Numbered from the stretch's first letter, positions 26,544-38,014 are shown. The stretch is DNA of 64,000 bases from Methanobacteriota archaeon (GCA_043799545.1 JAZDNO010000004.1:64001-128000); one strand, 5' to 3'. Notes: generated by a model not told the origin, from the letters alone. Translations and numbers: made by a program.

Positions 26544-29500
26544 TTACACGATCACGTCGTACGTTATCGCCCCGCCCCCTGAGTAGACCCAGAAACCACT
26601 CGCGTAGTAAATCCGCATCGCTTCGTTGTTGTAGCCCAGGCCAGCGTTCCAGAGGCCGAACCACGCGTCGTAGATGCACGTGTCGTAAGTCTGCGTGGAT
26701 GGCAGCCAGACAGCTCCGGACGAGAGCGCGACGCCTCCGGTGAGGTAGTCTACGCCCGCGTTCGAGTCCGCGATTCCGCCAGGCTGGTCGTACCAGGCGT
26801 AGTGGACGCCGGCCTGCCAGCTTCCCCCCGTCCAGAAAATGCTGCCCTGGAAGCCGTGTCCCGTGTTCCCGATCGGGTCGACGAGGATTGGTGCGGTCAC
26901 GCCCCAGTTGAAGACGGCGCTGACCTCGTTCATGCCCGTGCTGACCAGCGTCCAGCCGTTGTTCAGGACGACGGTATTTACACCTGCGACGATTCCGACG
27001 CCCGGGTCGTTCGGCAACGTTATGTCAATTCCTGGTATGTAGACGCGCGGTATCGCAGCGTCGACGTAGACCCAGTAAGCGTAATCGTTCCCTATCGGAA
27101 AGTTCGGGCCGCCGACCCCGTAGGTGTATGTGTCGTAGCTGATGGTGGAAGGCTGGCCGTTCGTGAGCCTTGCCATCACTATGGAAGATGCTGGGCTGCC
27201 GTACAGGAGGTTCGCGTCCTGTATGCGCTGGCAGGCGACAGAGGCAGTGAAGGCGCCCATGCCAGTGTCTGCGAAGTCCTTGGTCATGGAAACGATGTTC
27301 CAGCCAGCCGCGAGCTGCCACATCAGGCCGCCGGTGAGGACTCTGATGTGCGTGTTGTCGGCCACGGTGGATGCCGCGTACGGGGCCAGCCACGTCGCCG
27401 GGTCTATCAGCGACGCGTCGCCGTTCCAGGTGTCGTTGACCCAGACGACCCAGGGATGCCATATGGCGTAATAAAGCTGGATTGTGCGGTTGTAGTACCC
27501 GTCGCTCCCGCCCAGCGGGTCGTCTCCGGGATTGAACGGTGAAGATGTGCCGCCGACTCCGTCGAGCGTTATCGTCGTCGGGTTCGCGCCGCCCCCAGAG
27601 CGTCACGAACGGGTGCGTGTCGTTGCTCCATATCCGCAACTGGCCGTAGTAGCCGGGGCAAACTATTGAACGGTTGTCCCGCACCGCGGCCTCGACATTG
27701 ACGAGCATTCCGGGCGTCACCACGTTGACGCCGATGATGGCCATCGTCGTCCAGTCTGGCACCCAGGTCACGGTCAGGTTGTACGGGATTCCGTAAGTCA
27801 CGTTGCAACCGGCCTTATCGGTATTCAGAACAATGATGGTCTGGTTCCAGCCCGTCCAGCCCGCCGCGTCGGTAGCCTGCACAAAGAACTGGTTCCCCCA
27901 GACCAGCTCGTCCTCCGGCTGCACTGTGAAAACGTAGTTCCCCGCCGGGTCGGTGTTCTGCGGCCCGTAGGTCAGGAAGGCGCCGGTCGCGTTGTACGTC
28001 TGCGCGATGACTGCCGCACCCGCCCTGGCTCTCGGATTGTAGCCTGCGCCGATGCTCCCGTTGTACAGGAACGCCCGCCCGTACAGCGTGTACGGGGCGT
28101 TCGGCGACACGTTCGCGGCGAAGTTCACGGTCCTCGGCGACGCCATCGTCGTGAGGTTGGCGGCGCTGGTGCAGTTGACGTAATAAGTGACAGTCGTCGG
28201 GCTACTCTCCGTGAAGTTCGCCTCGAAATAATTGTTGTACGAGCCGTTCCAGAACGAGATGTTTGTCATCGGCTGCCTATGCCAGGCGGACTCCGTCGCG
28301 TTCTTCCAGAACAGGGTGGCGTTCGCGCAGGCGGATTCGTTGTCGTAGTAGCGGGCGCGGACGGTGGCTTTATGGTTGAGGGCGAGAGTGGAGTTGTCTG
28401 GGGGAGTTGGGGGCGAGACGTAGGACACGGTCGGCGGGGTGGCGTCGGATGGGAAGTCGGGGAAGCGTTTGTAGTAGATTTCAGGGTTGCCATCGCGGTT
28501 ATCACCAAAAACCAAATGCTTATTCGTTCCTGAATTTTTTATTTTCCCTCCTCCAGAGCCAAATCCATCATCAGAGGTCAATTGAAGTTCTGAATCCCAA
28601 CTTGCACCACCATCGGTTGAATTAATGTAATAAACTTCGTTAGTGACTCCGTTTCTACCATCATCCCAGACCACATGAACTTCATCACCATTAGCATCTA
28701 TCGAAGGATTAACAGCATACCCAGAATTAACGAGCATTTTTATTGGGTTCCAACTAAGACCATTATCAGTGGAATTACGGTAATAAATATAATAATAAGG
28801 TCCAGGAAAAACTTCATCCACCCAGACTACATGAATTGCTGAGCCATTCACACCGACTTGGGGAGACATATGGGTACTAGTGATATTTGTCGTCAAGAGG
28901 CGGTCTAGTCCTACATTTTCTTGGCCGTCTTGCCATGTAACTCCGTTATCTTTGGACATCTTGTAAAAAATCTCAAAAGAACCCGTTCGTGAATCAGCCC
29001 AAACCAAATGGAGATTGGAATAATTCAGGGCTATATCGTGGCCAGCAGACGCATAAAGCGAATTCGTCAACCGTTGTTCACCCTCCCAAGTTATACCCCC
29101 ATCAAGGCTTCGATTAAAGTAGATTTCTGTATTTGCTGGAACTGATTCAGCACCGTGTCTTGAATCAACCCAGATTACATGGATGTTCTGACCGTCCTCA
29201 CTCATAGCAATTTTTGGATCTTGTGAGTTAAAGCCATCGTTTGCAGAAATCCTCTTTTCGGAATCCCAAGTATCGCCCCCATCAGTCGAGTTTCGGTAGA
29301 ATATTTCCCAGGCAGGGGTTTTCCAATCTTCCCAGACTATAGACACATTGTTCCATGCCATGGAAATATCAGAGTTCCTAGCACTTACCCCACTATTAGA
29401 TACCTTAAACGCTGTACCCCATGTTGTTCCATCATTATCAGATTTCATATGAAAAATTTCGTAATTCCCGATGTTTCGTGTCCAACTTAAATGGACATTC

Positions 29501-29700
29501 GAACCCGCTACCACGATGTTTGCACTCGAATCAGTTATTGCATTATTCGTTAACCGGATATCATCTGTCCATCCCGCAGGAACCCCTGCAATTCTATCAT
29601 CGGGCGAGCCAGCGGATTGGCCGAACGGAGCGTTGACGGCCATAACTAACACGGCCTCGACAACTAGGGAAACAACCAGCCGATGCCCTGCCTTCATCAT
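26544..29700 (-). pseudogene. Large secreted protein (BNR/sialidase-like propeller + beta-sandwiches + GWN-type C-terminal domain) split by a +1 frameshift at ~27592-27596
   Basis: The 891-aa ORF turns into junk after HPFVTLWG; deleting one G of the G5 run gives LWGGANPTTITLDG... continuing into the 26544..27365 ORF (about 1051 aa). Real frameshift or sequencing error. Confidence 0.8.
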
Positions 29701-29815
29701 TCCAATATATAGAATCCCTTGCTAATAACGCTTTCGCACGCACTTTCGGCTACCCCCCGACTACGAATTTATATAATTGTTCGTCAGTCCCGTGTTCAAA
29801 GGTAGGGGGAAACGC

Positions 29816-32800
29816 ATGAGTTCCGAAGGCAGAAGGAGAAAGTTAGCCGCCGCAATAGCTGCGTTGTTGACCATCCTGGCCGCCCAATCCGCGGTCGCCG
29901 AATATGACACAGGGGACGACATGGACATCTTCATTGACTCACTAGGAAACAAGAACATGGTCTGGCGCGAATCGGTGAACGGGACATATCAGGTGTTCTA
30001 CGGGTACGAAATAGTAGATACAATTTACGACCAGAATAACGATTCCTATGTAAATCAGACCATAAACGCCAACATAGTCTTTGATGACGGCTATCTAACA
30101 CTCCAGAATTGCATAATCAACGGCAATATCAAGACAACTAGAGCGCAAGTGGTCATAGAGAACTGCGAAATCTATGGCAACGTCAACCACAAGCTCGGAA
30201 GCCTCGTCATCGAATCCTCGAACGTCAGCGGCAACGTTGATGTGGAAAATTCTGATTTGGAGCTAAGAACCAGCTACGTCAACGGCAACGTGAAAGCCAA
30301 GACGAACACAGACGAAAGTTACTCGACCATCGTTACTGGCAACACAGTCAACGGCAATGTCGATTTGAAAAGCGGAATATGCTACGTCGTCGGGAACACG
30401 ATTGATGGCAATCTGAAAGTCAAAGAGCCAGCAATCATTCAGGAAGTCAGCGACAACATTGTAAGCGGGAACACGCAGTTAACAAATAACACCAGCGGCT
30501 TCGATGGCTACCAGATAACGAACTCGACGCTGGACGTGATGTACCCGCAGGTTGCGATAGATTCGGCTTCGGGCATGGCCTACGCGCTATGGGTCGTTAA
30601 TAGCAACAGAACCCTCGAATTCTGGTACGCGGTCAGCCCCGACACGATATTCTGGCTTGAGGCTCATTATGCCGGGACACTGAACTACGCCGCAGGAAAT
30701 CCAGAACTCGATTTCGAGACTATAAACGGTACTCTCTACGTTACCTGGCTGAACGGCGGAGAGTTGACGATTGCACCGGATTACAACGCGCCGCCAGATC
30801 TGCAAATCGTCGGCATCTCGGCGGACAAGCCAGTTGTTTATCTGAATAGCCCTGTAACCATCACGTTGGAGATGGGCAACGCTGGCAACGGTTCCGCGCT
30901 ATACACCGTCGTCAATGTAACGGACATCGGTGGAGAGAATGAAACCTTGATTGATTCGTCGGAAATCGGGATACTCCGGCCCGGAACGGAGAACGTTTAC
31001 CAGTTCAACTGGACGCCCGTAAAAACGGGTATCCATTACCTCAAGGTCGAGATGCTTGCAAATCATATAGAGCATCATTCCCCTGCGGCGCTCGTAGAAA
31101 GTCCGCCAACGATAATGAGCTTCGGATTTCCCGTGTCCATGGTAGCAGAGGAGAAAATCATTTGGTATGGTGGCCACATTGTGCCTAATGGTATCATAGA
31201 TGAATTTCCAGGCATCAATCCAACTTGGGGAGGAAGATATAACAGCACAGAAATCGTAATACCAGAGGATGACCCAGGCAACCTCGTCATCCAGTCTGGC
31301 GGTACTCTCATCTTCAACGACAACGTTACTTTTGTTATCGAGCAGCCCACTGGCCCTGGCGGTTGGCCCACAACCAAAAATGAAATCACCATCCAATCCG
31401 GCGCCTCCTTCATCATCGACAGCCCCCTTCGTACCACGACCATCCAGTCCCCCTCTTTAGACCCATATTACACCTACCCCTTCCTAAACTCCGGCGTCGT
31501 GGACTTTCTAGGCGCGAACGTAACATACACCTACGGCGACACGACGGACCTCTCCAAGTTCGGCGGAATCCAGAACAAGCCGGGGAGCGTGTGCAACCTG
31601 ACGGACTGCCGCGTGGAGTTCGCGGACACCCATAGCGTCATCGCCAACAACTCCGACATGCGGCTCGACGGTCCTGGAACCCTTGTTGGAAAAGGGAACA
31701 AGAACCCGCCGTATCCGAAGGGCGCCGGGATTACCATCAAAGGCGATGCGGGCGTTGTGGTCGATGGCGTCACGGTGGGGTGCAACGAGGGCTACGGGAT
31801 AAAGTGCGTGGATACCGTGAGTGGCACGAGGATTAGGGACAGGTTTTCCGACGGCTCGGCCTCGAAAGTTCTCACGTATTACGGCCAGGGAAGCCAGACC
31901 ATAAGCGTTTCTCTGCCTAAGGACGCATCAGTTGGCCCATCCTGTCTCAGTTTTGAGGGGGAATACAGGACACTGGCCGGCTCCGAAGATATGTATCCGG
32001 GACACTACTATGCGATGTATTGCTCAGCCAACACGGTCTGGACTGGCGACGCGGGCAACGTGCAGCTATATGCCGGTTGGAACATCGATGTGAATTACTC
32101 AAGCGTGTGGAGCTATCCCCGAAATGTTAACGTGATTATGGCTGAAATCAGTTGCATGATATTTAGCGAGGCTCCGTTCGACCCGAAGCTTGACGTGGGA
32201 AACGATGGCAGTTCCGAGTGGCTTGTAGCCGGGCGGTTCTCCTCCTCCGTTTTCATAGATGACACGAACACTACGCCGTTCCTCTGCCAGCAAATCCAGG
32301 ACTATATCGATGCCCATTCGCCGGATGAAAACGGGATGGTCTTGGTGCCGTTGAAGGTCAATTCCAACGCCAGTGGAATCATCACTCTGTCGGATTTGAA
32401 CATTTCGTACATGAGGGAATCGAAAATCACAGGCTGCGAAATCAGTAATAATCTGGAGACGGGAATATACTACGAGGATTCAAACATATCGACAGTTGAT
32501 TCGCAGATACACGACAACGGCAGAGACGGGATATTTATCTCAAATTCATACCCTGAGATTGAGTCTGTCACCGTGACCAACAATAAAATCGCCGGAATAA
32601 ATGTCGATAACGACAATCTCCTGAACCCATGGGGGTTGCCCGCAAGCGACCCAGGAAATGAGCTGGGCTATTTCGTGTGGCTCGACGAGACGGGGTGGCA
32701 TTTGCGGTGGAGTGGCGATGGTTCGAACCACGCCTTCAACGGGACAATCGAAGGCATTGACCAGATTAGCTCATTCACAACAGTCGGCATGGAATACCCG

Positions 32801-35800
32801 CAAGACAGTTGGAGTGCGACGCCACTCAAAATCACCTTCAGCGCTTCGGAGAACAATGGACAGGAAGGATTCGACTTTCTGACGGAGAGCGAAGTCCTGC
32901 GGTTCGATCTCTGGATTGATGGCGCAAGAGTTTCACAGAAAATCTACATCGGAACGTTCAAATTCAATCCAGCAACAGTGCCATTCAATTTGACCAAGCC
33001 TTTGATAATAAAGAGTTCCAACCTTGGTGCTAACCAGGGATTTGGACTGCACCTGAATATCTCGTCGGTCGTCTTGATGGATTCGACCTTCGATGGTAAT
33101 ATCATCGACGGAGTGGAAATCATTCGACCGCCATTCACAGAAAATAAACCAACGGCATGCCAGGTCATCAACTGCACCTTCAAGAACAACGGACGGACCG
33201 GCATAAAACACAGTCAGTCGGAAGTGATTCAAAAGGTAAATGAGACCGTGGATACGGACCTCAGAGTTGGTGATTCCCGTGCAGGACATCTCCTTATCGA
33301 AGGATGCCATTTCAGCGACAATGGGGCCGGGACGGCGCATTGCTATCAAGGATATTTCGTGACCGGCTATATTAAAATCCTCAACAATACATTCTCTAAC
33401 ACTAAAAAATATAATTCGCTCTTCTTCGAAGGCGTCGCATTCCGGTTTGACGTGCAAGGAAACAGTTTTGAAGGCACTCCGATTGGGGTACACAACAGCG
33501 GTACTGGTTACATTGATGGGAACAGGCTTCAACAGTGTCCTTCCGGAATTTTTATGGCCGATTGCACGTCGCTGTCAATCACCAATAATACACTTGAAGA
33601 CCTGGACACCGCCATTTCGTTGGGAGACAATCACGCCAGGATAGTAATGAACAATACGATAATGAATTGCACGAATGGGATATCGCACATTAGCGGTAAT
33701 TGTATTATATCATCCAACCGCATAGTTGGCAGAGGCGCCCCGCTGTCGTATGGATTCCAGCAATATTACAATTCACCGAGCGGGGGAACGTTTGTGAATT
33801 TCCTATACAACAATACGATTTCTGGCTTCAAATGGGGGATGCACTTCCAGAAAGGTCGGGGAACGGTGGGTGGCATTTTGCGGGATAATATAATAAAATC
33901 CAACACATATGGCATTGTTGTCGAGAACGGTTATCTGCGGGCGTTCAACAACACAATCCAGAATTCTACCGTAGGATTGTACTCAACACATTCCGATCTA
34001 TTGCTAATGAACAACACGATTGAGGGCAATGGAATTGGCATTAAGATGGAGAATGCAACCGCAGGTGAAACTGATTACACATGCAATCAATTTACGAACA
34101 GTTCGAGCCTTGCTCGTGTTGCATTCCCGACCGGAGGCGGAACAAATACCGGTCTGGACATATCACTGCCAAAAGGATGCAAGATTAACGCCGCATCGCT
34201 TACCATCGATGGCCTTTCCCTCACCGCGACCCATTCTGAATCCAATCTTTTAATGCCGGATTCGAGAACGATTTCTGGCGGGGACTTGGACGGCGATGGG
34301 GACATCGATTTACTCGAAGGATATAATGACGGGGCGAATATACACGGTATAAGGTTTCTGTACAACGATGGAGAAGGTGATTTCACCAGCGCTGGTAATA
34401 TAATTTCGACTATCTTTGAACCCTGGGAAATGGAGTTAGCAGATTTCACTGGCGACGGACTGGATGATATCTTGGTGTTGGAAGGCGGATATGTATTTTT
34501 ATATGCCAACCAAGGTAATGGAATGTACGAAAGGCAATATGTTATAGTTTCTTGGTGCAAAGACATAGTAACGGCGGATTTCGACGAGGACGGCGACATC
34601 GACACATTATGCGGATTCTCCAACGGCACGATTTGGTTTTACAGAAATAACGGGGACGGGACTTTCGAAAATAACGGGAAGGTGGCCGACATCCCCGGAG
34701 GCATGAATCAGATGACGGGCGGGTCTTTCATCGGTTCTTCCAAGATTGACATCGTAGCGAAAAATGGATCTTACCTATTCGTTCTTGAAGGCGTTGGCGG
34801 AGGCGCTTTCGGCAGTCCGATACCGATTGCATTTGTCGGATTATCCGACGACCTGAATAAGCTGTCAGCAGAGGATTTCGACGATAATGGCATCGACGAC
34901 ATCATTTTATTGTCTTCGGACAGTTTAAGAATATTCACTCTGAACGAATCCCACCAGGCAATAATGAGAAATATAATGACACCAGCACTCTTTACGCCAT
35001 CATTCCCTGGCATCCTAGCGACCGACCCATTTGACAGTGACGCGAGAGTGGATTTGATAATGTCACCAGATCGCCGTTCGATAACTACTTACTCATACTA
35101 CGCGACTAGGAACGTAAAAATTGATGTTGGGGCAGACAATGCCGTTGATTGGGCGTGGGTAGGCAATTTCACGCAGCGCATTGGCATAGGCTCTGTCAAC
35201 GGTTCGAATGAATTCGCCCAAAGGTTGCAGGACTTTATCGATGCAGGAACACCGGATTACAAATGGCTGGTGCACATACCATTCGCTGTGCATTCAGATG
35301 CAATCGGATCCTTGTCGATATCTGAATTGGATATAAATTACACTGTGGGAGCGAGAATGGAGAATAACACGATAAGACACAACGAAATGAGTGGCGTCGT
35401 AATCATAAATGGAACCTACAAAGCATGTCGCAACGAAATTTATGAAAATCACGGTGGCGGGATTAATTTAATCCACTCGTCCGATATTGTCGCCGATAAT
35501 AATATTACGGCAAATGACGAGTATGGTATTAACGTTGCCAACCAAGACGATTACGCCTTAAGGCCAGTGATAGCGAACAACACCGTCATGGGTAATGAGC
35601 AAGGGATAAACGTGATTGATGCCTCTCTCACGATAAAGGGTAACGACATACTCTCGAACAGAGGGCCAGGCATATATCTCGAAAACAGCAAAGGTGAGAT
35701 TTCTTTGAACGTCATTATAAACAACCACGAGCTTGCAACCCCTCCGCCATTGGAACCAACGTATACCGGGATCAAGGTGAGGGATTCGAGCGATGTCCAG

Positions 35801-36670
35801 ATACTCCATAACAACATCTCGTACAACACCGGGAACATCTACCTATACGATTCCGATAACATAACGATCGAGTGGAACGAGATTCTCGATAATGCGCCTG
35901 GCTTGATTCAAATATACCCGCCGCGACCTATAGAAACGGGCGTGCAATCCATCTCCTCCCAGATGAACGTTTCAAACAACACGGTCTACGGGTGCGTATA
36001 TGGGCTGCATGTGGTGGATGCAGGTGACACCACTATAATTCGAGACAACGCATTTCTTCCGTTGTATGCGGACGGGCCTGCCGCCGTGTACGGCCTCCTT
36101 CTTGAGGACGCGTCAGTATCTGTAGGATCTAACTTGATATTCGGCATGGGATCGCATGGAATATTCTGCAATGACTACTCCGACGCTGCAATCTCAGACA
36201 ATACGATATTGAATTGCGGAGGCGATGGGATACACTGTAGCTGGGCATCCCCCGTCATCGTGGGCAATGCGATTTCCGACAACTACGGTTGGGGGATTTA
36301 TTGCGAATACGCAAGCACGATGAATGCTGGCAACGATACGGCACAACTGTTGCTGGACAATCCTTTGTTAGGTCCCAACGGCCTTGGAAGGTGCATCCAA
36401 TATTGGGCGCTGGAAGTGTTGCTGGTCGAGTCAGGCAGCGGGATTCCCGTTTCGGGGGAACTCGTCAACGTAAGGCCGTTGATGGGGGCCGTCGTGGCTT
36501 CGAGTAATACCGACGCAAACGGCTTCGTGACGTTTAAAATCGCGCAAGATTATGCAGACAACGACGGTTTCATTCCGGTGCTGAATCCATACATTATAGA
36601 TTGCGACGGCGAGTTCTGTCCAGACTGGGTCTGGGTGTACTCGAACGCAAATGTGTACTGGGAGATGTAG
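29816..36670 (+). CDS. Giant secreted protein (~2280 aa): CARDB-like, parallel beta-helix repeats, FG-GAP-like repeats
   Basis: Signal peptide MSSEGRRRKLAAAIAALL...AVA; PDLQIVGIS...GNAG CARDB; many IxxNxIxxN repeats; GDLDGDGDIDL, DFTGDGLDDIL, DFDEDGDIDTL. Confidence 0.85.
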   Translation: MSSEGRRRKLAAAIAALLTILAAQSAVAEYDTGDDMDIFIDSLGNKNMVWRESVNGTYQVFYGYEIVDTIYDQNNDSYVNQTINANIVFDDGYLTLQNCIINGNIKTTRAQVVIENCEIYGNVNHKLGSLVIESSNVSGNVDVENSDLELRTSYVNGNVKAKTNTDESYSTIVTGNTVNGNVDLKSGICYVVGNTIDGNLKVKEPAIIQEVSDNIVSGNTQLTNNTSGFDGYQITNSTLDVMYPQVAIDSASGMAYALWVVNSNRTLEFWYAVSPDTIFWLEAHYAGTLNYAAGNPELDFETINGTLYVTWLNGGELTIAPDYNAPPDLQIVGISADKPVVYLNSPVTITLEMGNAGNGSALYTVVNVTDIGGENETLIDSSEIGILRPGTENVYQFNWTPVKTGIHYLKVEMLANHIEHHSPAALVESPPTIMSFGFPVSMVAEEKIIWYGGHIVPNGIIDEFPGINPTWGGRYNSTEIVIPEDDPGNLVIQSGGTLIFNDNVTFVIEQPTGPGGWPTTKNEITIQSGASFIIDSPLRTTTIQSPSLDPYYTYPFLNSGVVDFLGANVTYTYGDTTDLSKFGGIQNKPGSVCNLTDCRVEFADTHSVIANNSDMRLDGPGTLVGKGNKNPPYPKGAGITIKGDAGVVVDGVTVGCNEGYGIKCVDTVSGTRIRDRFSDGSASKVLTYYGQGSQTISVSLPKDASVGPSCLSFEGEYRTLAGSEDMYPGHYYAMYCSANTVWTGDAGNVQLYAGWNIDVNYSSVWSYPRNVNVIMAEISCMIFSEAPFDPKLDVGNDGSSEWLVAGRFSSSVFIDDTNTTPFLCQQIQDYIDAHSPDENGMVLVPLKVNSNASGIITLSDLNISYMRESKITGCEISNNLETGIYYEDSNISTVDSQIHDNGRDGIFISNSYPEIESVTVTNNKIAGINVDNDNLLNPWGLPASDPGNELGYFVWLDETGWHLRWSGDGSNHAFNGTIEGIDQISSFTTVGMEYPQDSWSATPLKITFSASENNGQEGFDFLTESEVLRFDLWIDGARVSQKIYIGTFKFNPATVPFNLTKPLIIKSSNLGANQGFGLHLNISSVVLMDSTFDGNIIDGVEIIRPPFTENKPTACQVINCTFKNNGRTGIKHSQSEVIQKVNETVDTDLRVGDSRAGHLLIEGCHFSDNGAGTAHCYQGYFVTGYIKILNNTFSNTKKYNSLFFEGVAFRFDVQGNSFEGTPIGVHNSGTGYIDGNRLQQCPSGIFMADCTSLSITNNTLEDLDTAISLGDNHARIVMNNTIMNCTNGISHISGNCIISSNRIVGRGAPLSYGFQQYYNSPSGGTFVNFLYNNTISGFKWGMHFQKGRGTVGGILRDNIIKSNTYGIVVENGYLRAFNNTIQNSTVGLYSTHSDLLLMNNTIEGNGIGIKMENATAGETDYTCNQFTNSSSLARVAFPTGGGTNTGLDISLPKGCKINAASLTIDGLSLTATHSESNLLMPDSRTISGGDLDGDGDIDLLEGYNDGANIHGIRFLYNDGEGDFTSAGNIISTIFEPWEMELADFTGDGLDDILVLEGGYVFLYANQGNGMYERQYVIVSWCKDIVTADFDEDGDIDTLCGFSNGTIWFYRNNGDGTFENNGKVADIPGGMNQMTGGSFIGSSKIDIVAKNGSYLFVLEGVGGGAFGSPIPIAFVGLSDDLNKLSAEDFDDNGIDDIILLSSDSLRIFTLNESHQAIMRNIMTPALFTPSFPGILATDPFDSDARVDLIMSPDRRSITTYSYYATRNVKIDVGADNAVDWAWVGNFTQRIGIGSVNGSNEFAQRLQDFIDAGTPDYKWLVHIPFAVHSDAIGSLSISELDINYTVGARMENNTIRHNEMSGVVIINGTYKACRNEIYENHGGGINLIHSSDIVADNNITANDEYGINVANQDDYALRPVIANNTVMGNEQGINVIDASLTIKGNDILSNRGPGIYLENSKGEISLNVIINNHELATPPPLEPTYTGIKVRDSSDVQILHNNISYNTGNIYLYDSDNITIEWNEILDNAPGLIQIYPPRPIETGVQSISSQMNVSNNTVYGCVYGLHVVDAGDTTIIRDNAFLPLYADGPAAVYGLLLEDASVSVGSNLIFGMGSHGIFCNDYSDAAISDNTILNCGGDGIHCSWASPVIVGNAISDNYGWGIYCEYASTMNAGNDTAQLLLDNPLLGPNGLGRCIQYWALEVLLVESGSGIPVSGELVNVRPLMGAVVASSNTDANGFVTFKIAQDYADNDGFIPVLNPYIIDCDGEFCPDWVWVYSNANVYWEM

Positions 36671-36771
36671 TCCGATATATCAAATGCAGCCTTGTTCCTA
36701 GGCCCCGCCCGACCTGTGATACACGACTATCACACAATGGTCCACGCGCAGCCTCTTCCCTCACTTCACCG

Positions 36772-37095
36772 TCACACCACAAGCTTCAAGGTCTTCGGTC
36801 CCTCCACGCATATCGTTATTGTCGAGTCGACAGTGAGGCCCAGCGCCTCGACCAGCGCCTTCGGCAGGCGAAGCACGTACGAGTTGCCCGCCTTCGCGAC
36901 CTTCCCAGTCAGGATGGCGTTCTTGATTTTGTTGTACACCAGCGCCTTGTTCGCGTCCTCGGCGTTGAAGTACGCCTCGCCGCAGCCCGGGCATTCGGAG
37001 CCGCGCACTGCGAATCCATCCAGATTGAAGTGCCTCGGGCGGGTCCACTTGCCGCACGCGCACTTCACCTTTTCCTTCTTGAGTTCGTCTTTCAT
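36772..37095 (-). CDS. Putative antitoxin: YgiT/MqsA-type zinc finger fused to AbrB-like domain
   Basis: CACG...ECPGCGEAYF, then KVAKAGNSYVLRLPKALVEALGL; ATGA-coupled to the upstream gene. Confidence 0.75.
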   Translation of the reverse strand: MKDELKKEKVKCACGKWTRPRHFNLDGFAVRGSECPGCGEAYFNAEDANKALVYNKIKNAILTGKVAKAGNSYVLRLPKALVEALGLTVDSTITICVEGPKTLKLVV

Positions 37096-37334
37096 TGTAT
37101 CGCCCCTGCATGGACGACGAGCCACACACGGCTTTCGTCCCACTCCTGAAGGCTGTCTACCACCACCACCTTCAGCACCTTCCTGCCGTCCCGCTTGCAC
37201 CGCTCGACAGTCCCGACCTTGCGCTTCGAGCGCTCGCAGTCATACCCGTTCTCCAGTATATCCAGGACATCGAAGAGGTCGAGGCCGAGTTCGGACAGCT
37301 CCCTGCAGGCCGTTCTGGACGGCTTCAGTTCCAT
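37092..37334 (-). CDS. Putative DUF4258/RelE-like toxin
   Basis: 80 aa, S..A.RELSELGLDLFDVLDILENG...LKVVV...LVVHAG pattern; paired with the Zn-finger gene. Confidence 0.55.
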   Translation of the reverse strand: MELKPSRTACRELSELGLDLFDVLDILENGYDCERSKRKVGTVERCKRDGRKVLKVVVVDSLQEWDESRVWLVVHAGAIQ

Positions 37335-37426
37335 CCCTTTCCATTTGAACTGCGTGTGATTACACCAAGTGATAACATGAGGTACTAACTATTTATTCTT
37401 TTCGGCCCGGTCCAGCTGGCGCCGCA

Positions 37427-38014
37427 TCATGTGCCGTCAACCGCGTCCAGGCGGTAATTTACAACAGTGACGCAGTGGTCCGTGTGCAGACAGCGTTCTC
37501 CCAGCCCGGCCCTGGTCGCTCCGGCCTTTTCGACGATTGCCAGCTCCTCCGCCGTCAAATCCTGCTGGTCGCTGAGAATGAACGTCGCCCCCCCAGAAAG
37601 CCCTTTCCAGTCCGGCGCGGGCGCCCCCTCCGCGAGCAGGACCAGGGGTTTCGAAGCTTTCTCCAGAATTTCTGGCAGCCCTCTCCTCGCGACAGTGACG
37701 CCGGGCGACGACTCCACATCCCCTTCCGCCGGGCAGCGCATCAGCGCGTTCCGAATGAGCGAGGCTCCGTTTCTCTCGTCCGGATTGAGGTAGCGAACCT
37801 TCTCCCAATCGAAGCAGATGTGCCTGGGCTTTGCCGGATTGGTGTTGATTATGACGTGGGCCAGCGTGTCTCTCCGAATCCCGTGCGAGAGCAGTAGCGC
37901 GGCTCCGACCGAGCGCGCCACCAAATCCACGCGCCCGCCCGCTCCCGTAAGGTCGTTTAGAGTGAAGTCCCCGCCGCGGGGGACCCGATGAGCGACGAAG
38001 ACGAATTCCCTCAT
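37427..38014 (-). CDS. trmY: tRNA (pseudouridine54-N1)-methyltransferase
   Basis: FTLNDLTGAGGRVDL, LLSHGIRRD, LNPDERN, FILSDQQDL, LHTDHCVTVV. Confidence 0.9.
   Translation of the reverse strand: MREFVFVAHRVPRGGDFTLNDLTGAGGRVDLVARSVGAALLLSHGIRRDTLAHVIINTNPAKPRHICFDWEKVRYLNPDERNGASLIRNALMRCPAEGDVESSPGVTVARRGLPEILEKASKPLVLLAEGAPAPDWKGLSGGATFILSDQQDLTAEELAIVEKAGATRAGLGERCLHTDHCVTVVNYRLDAVDGT

Noticed and set aside
27025-27590. C-terminal ~190 aa of the 891-aa ORF (RREPDDDNARR...)
   Set aside because: Out-of-frame read-through after the G5 frameshift; the alternative frame is the coherent protein.
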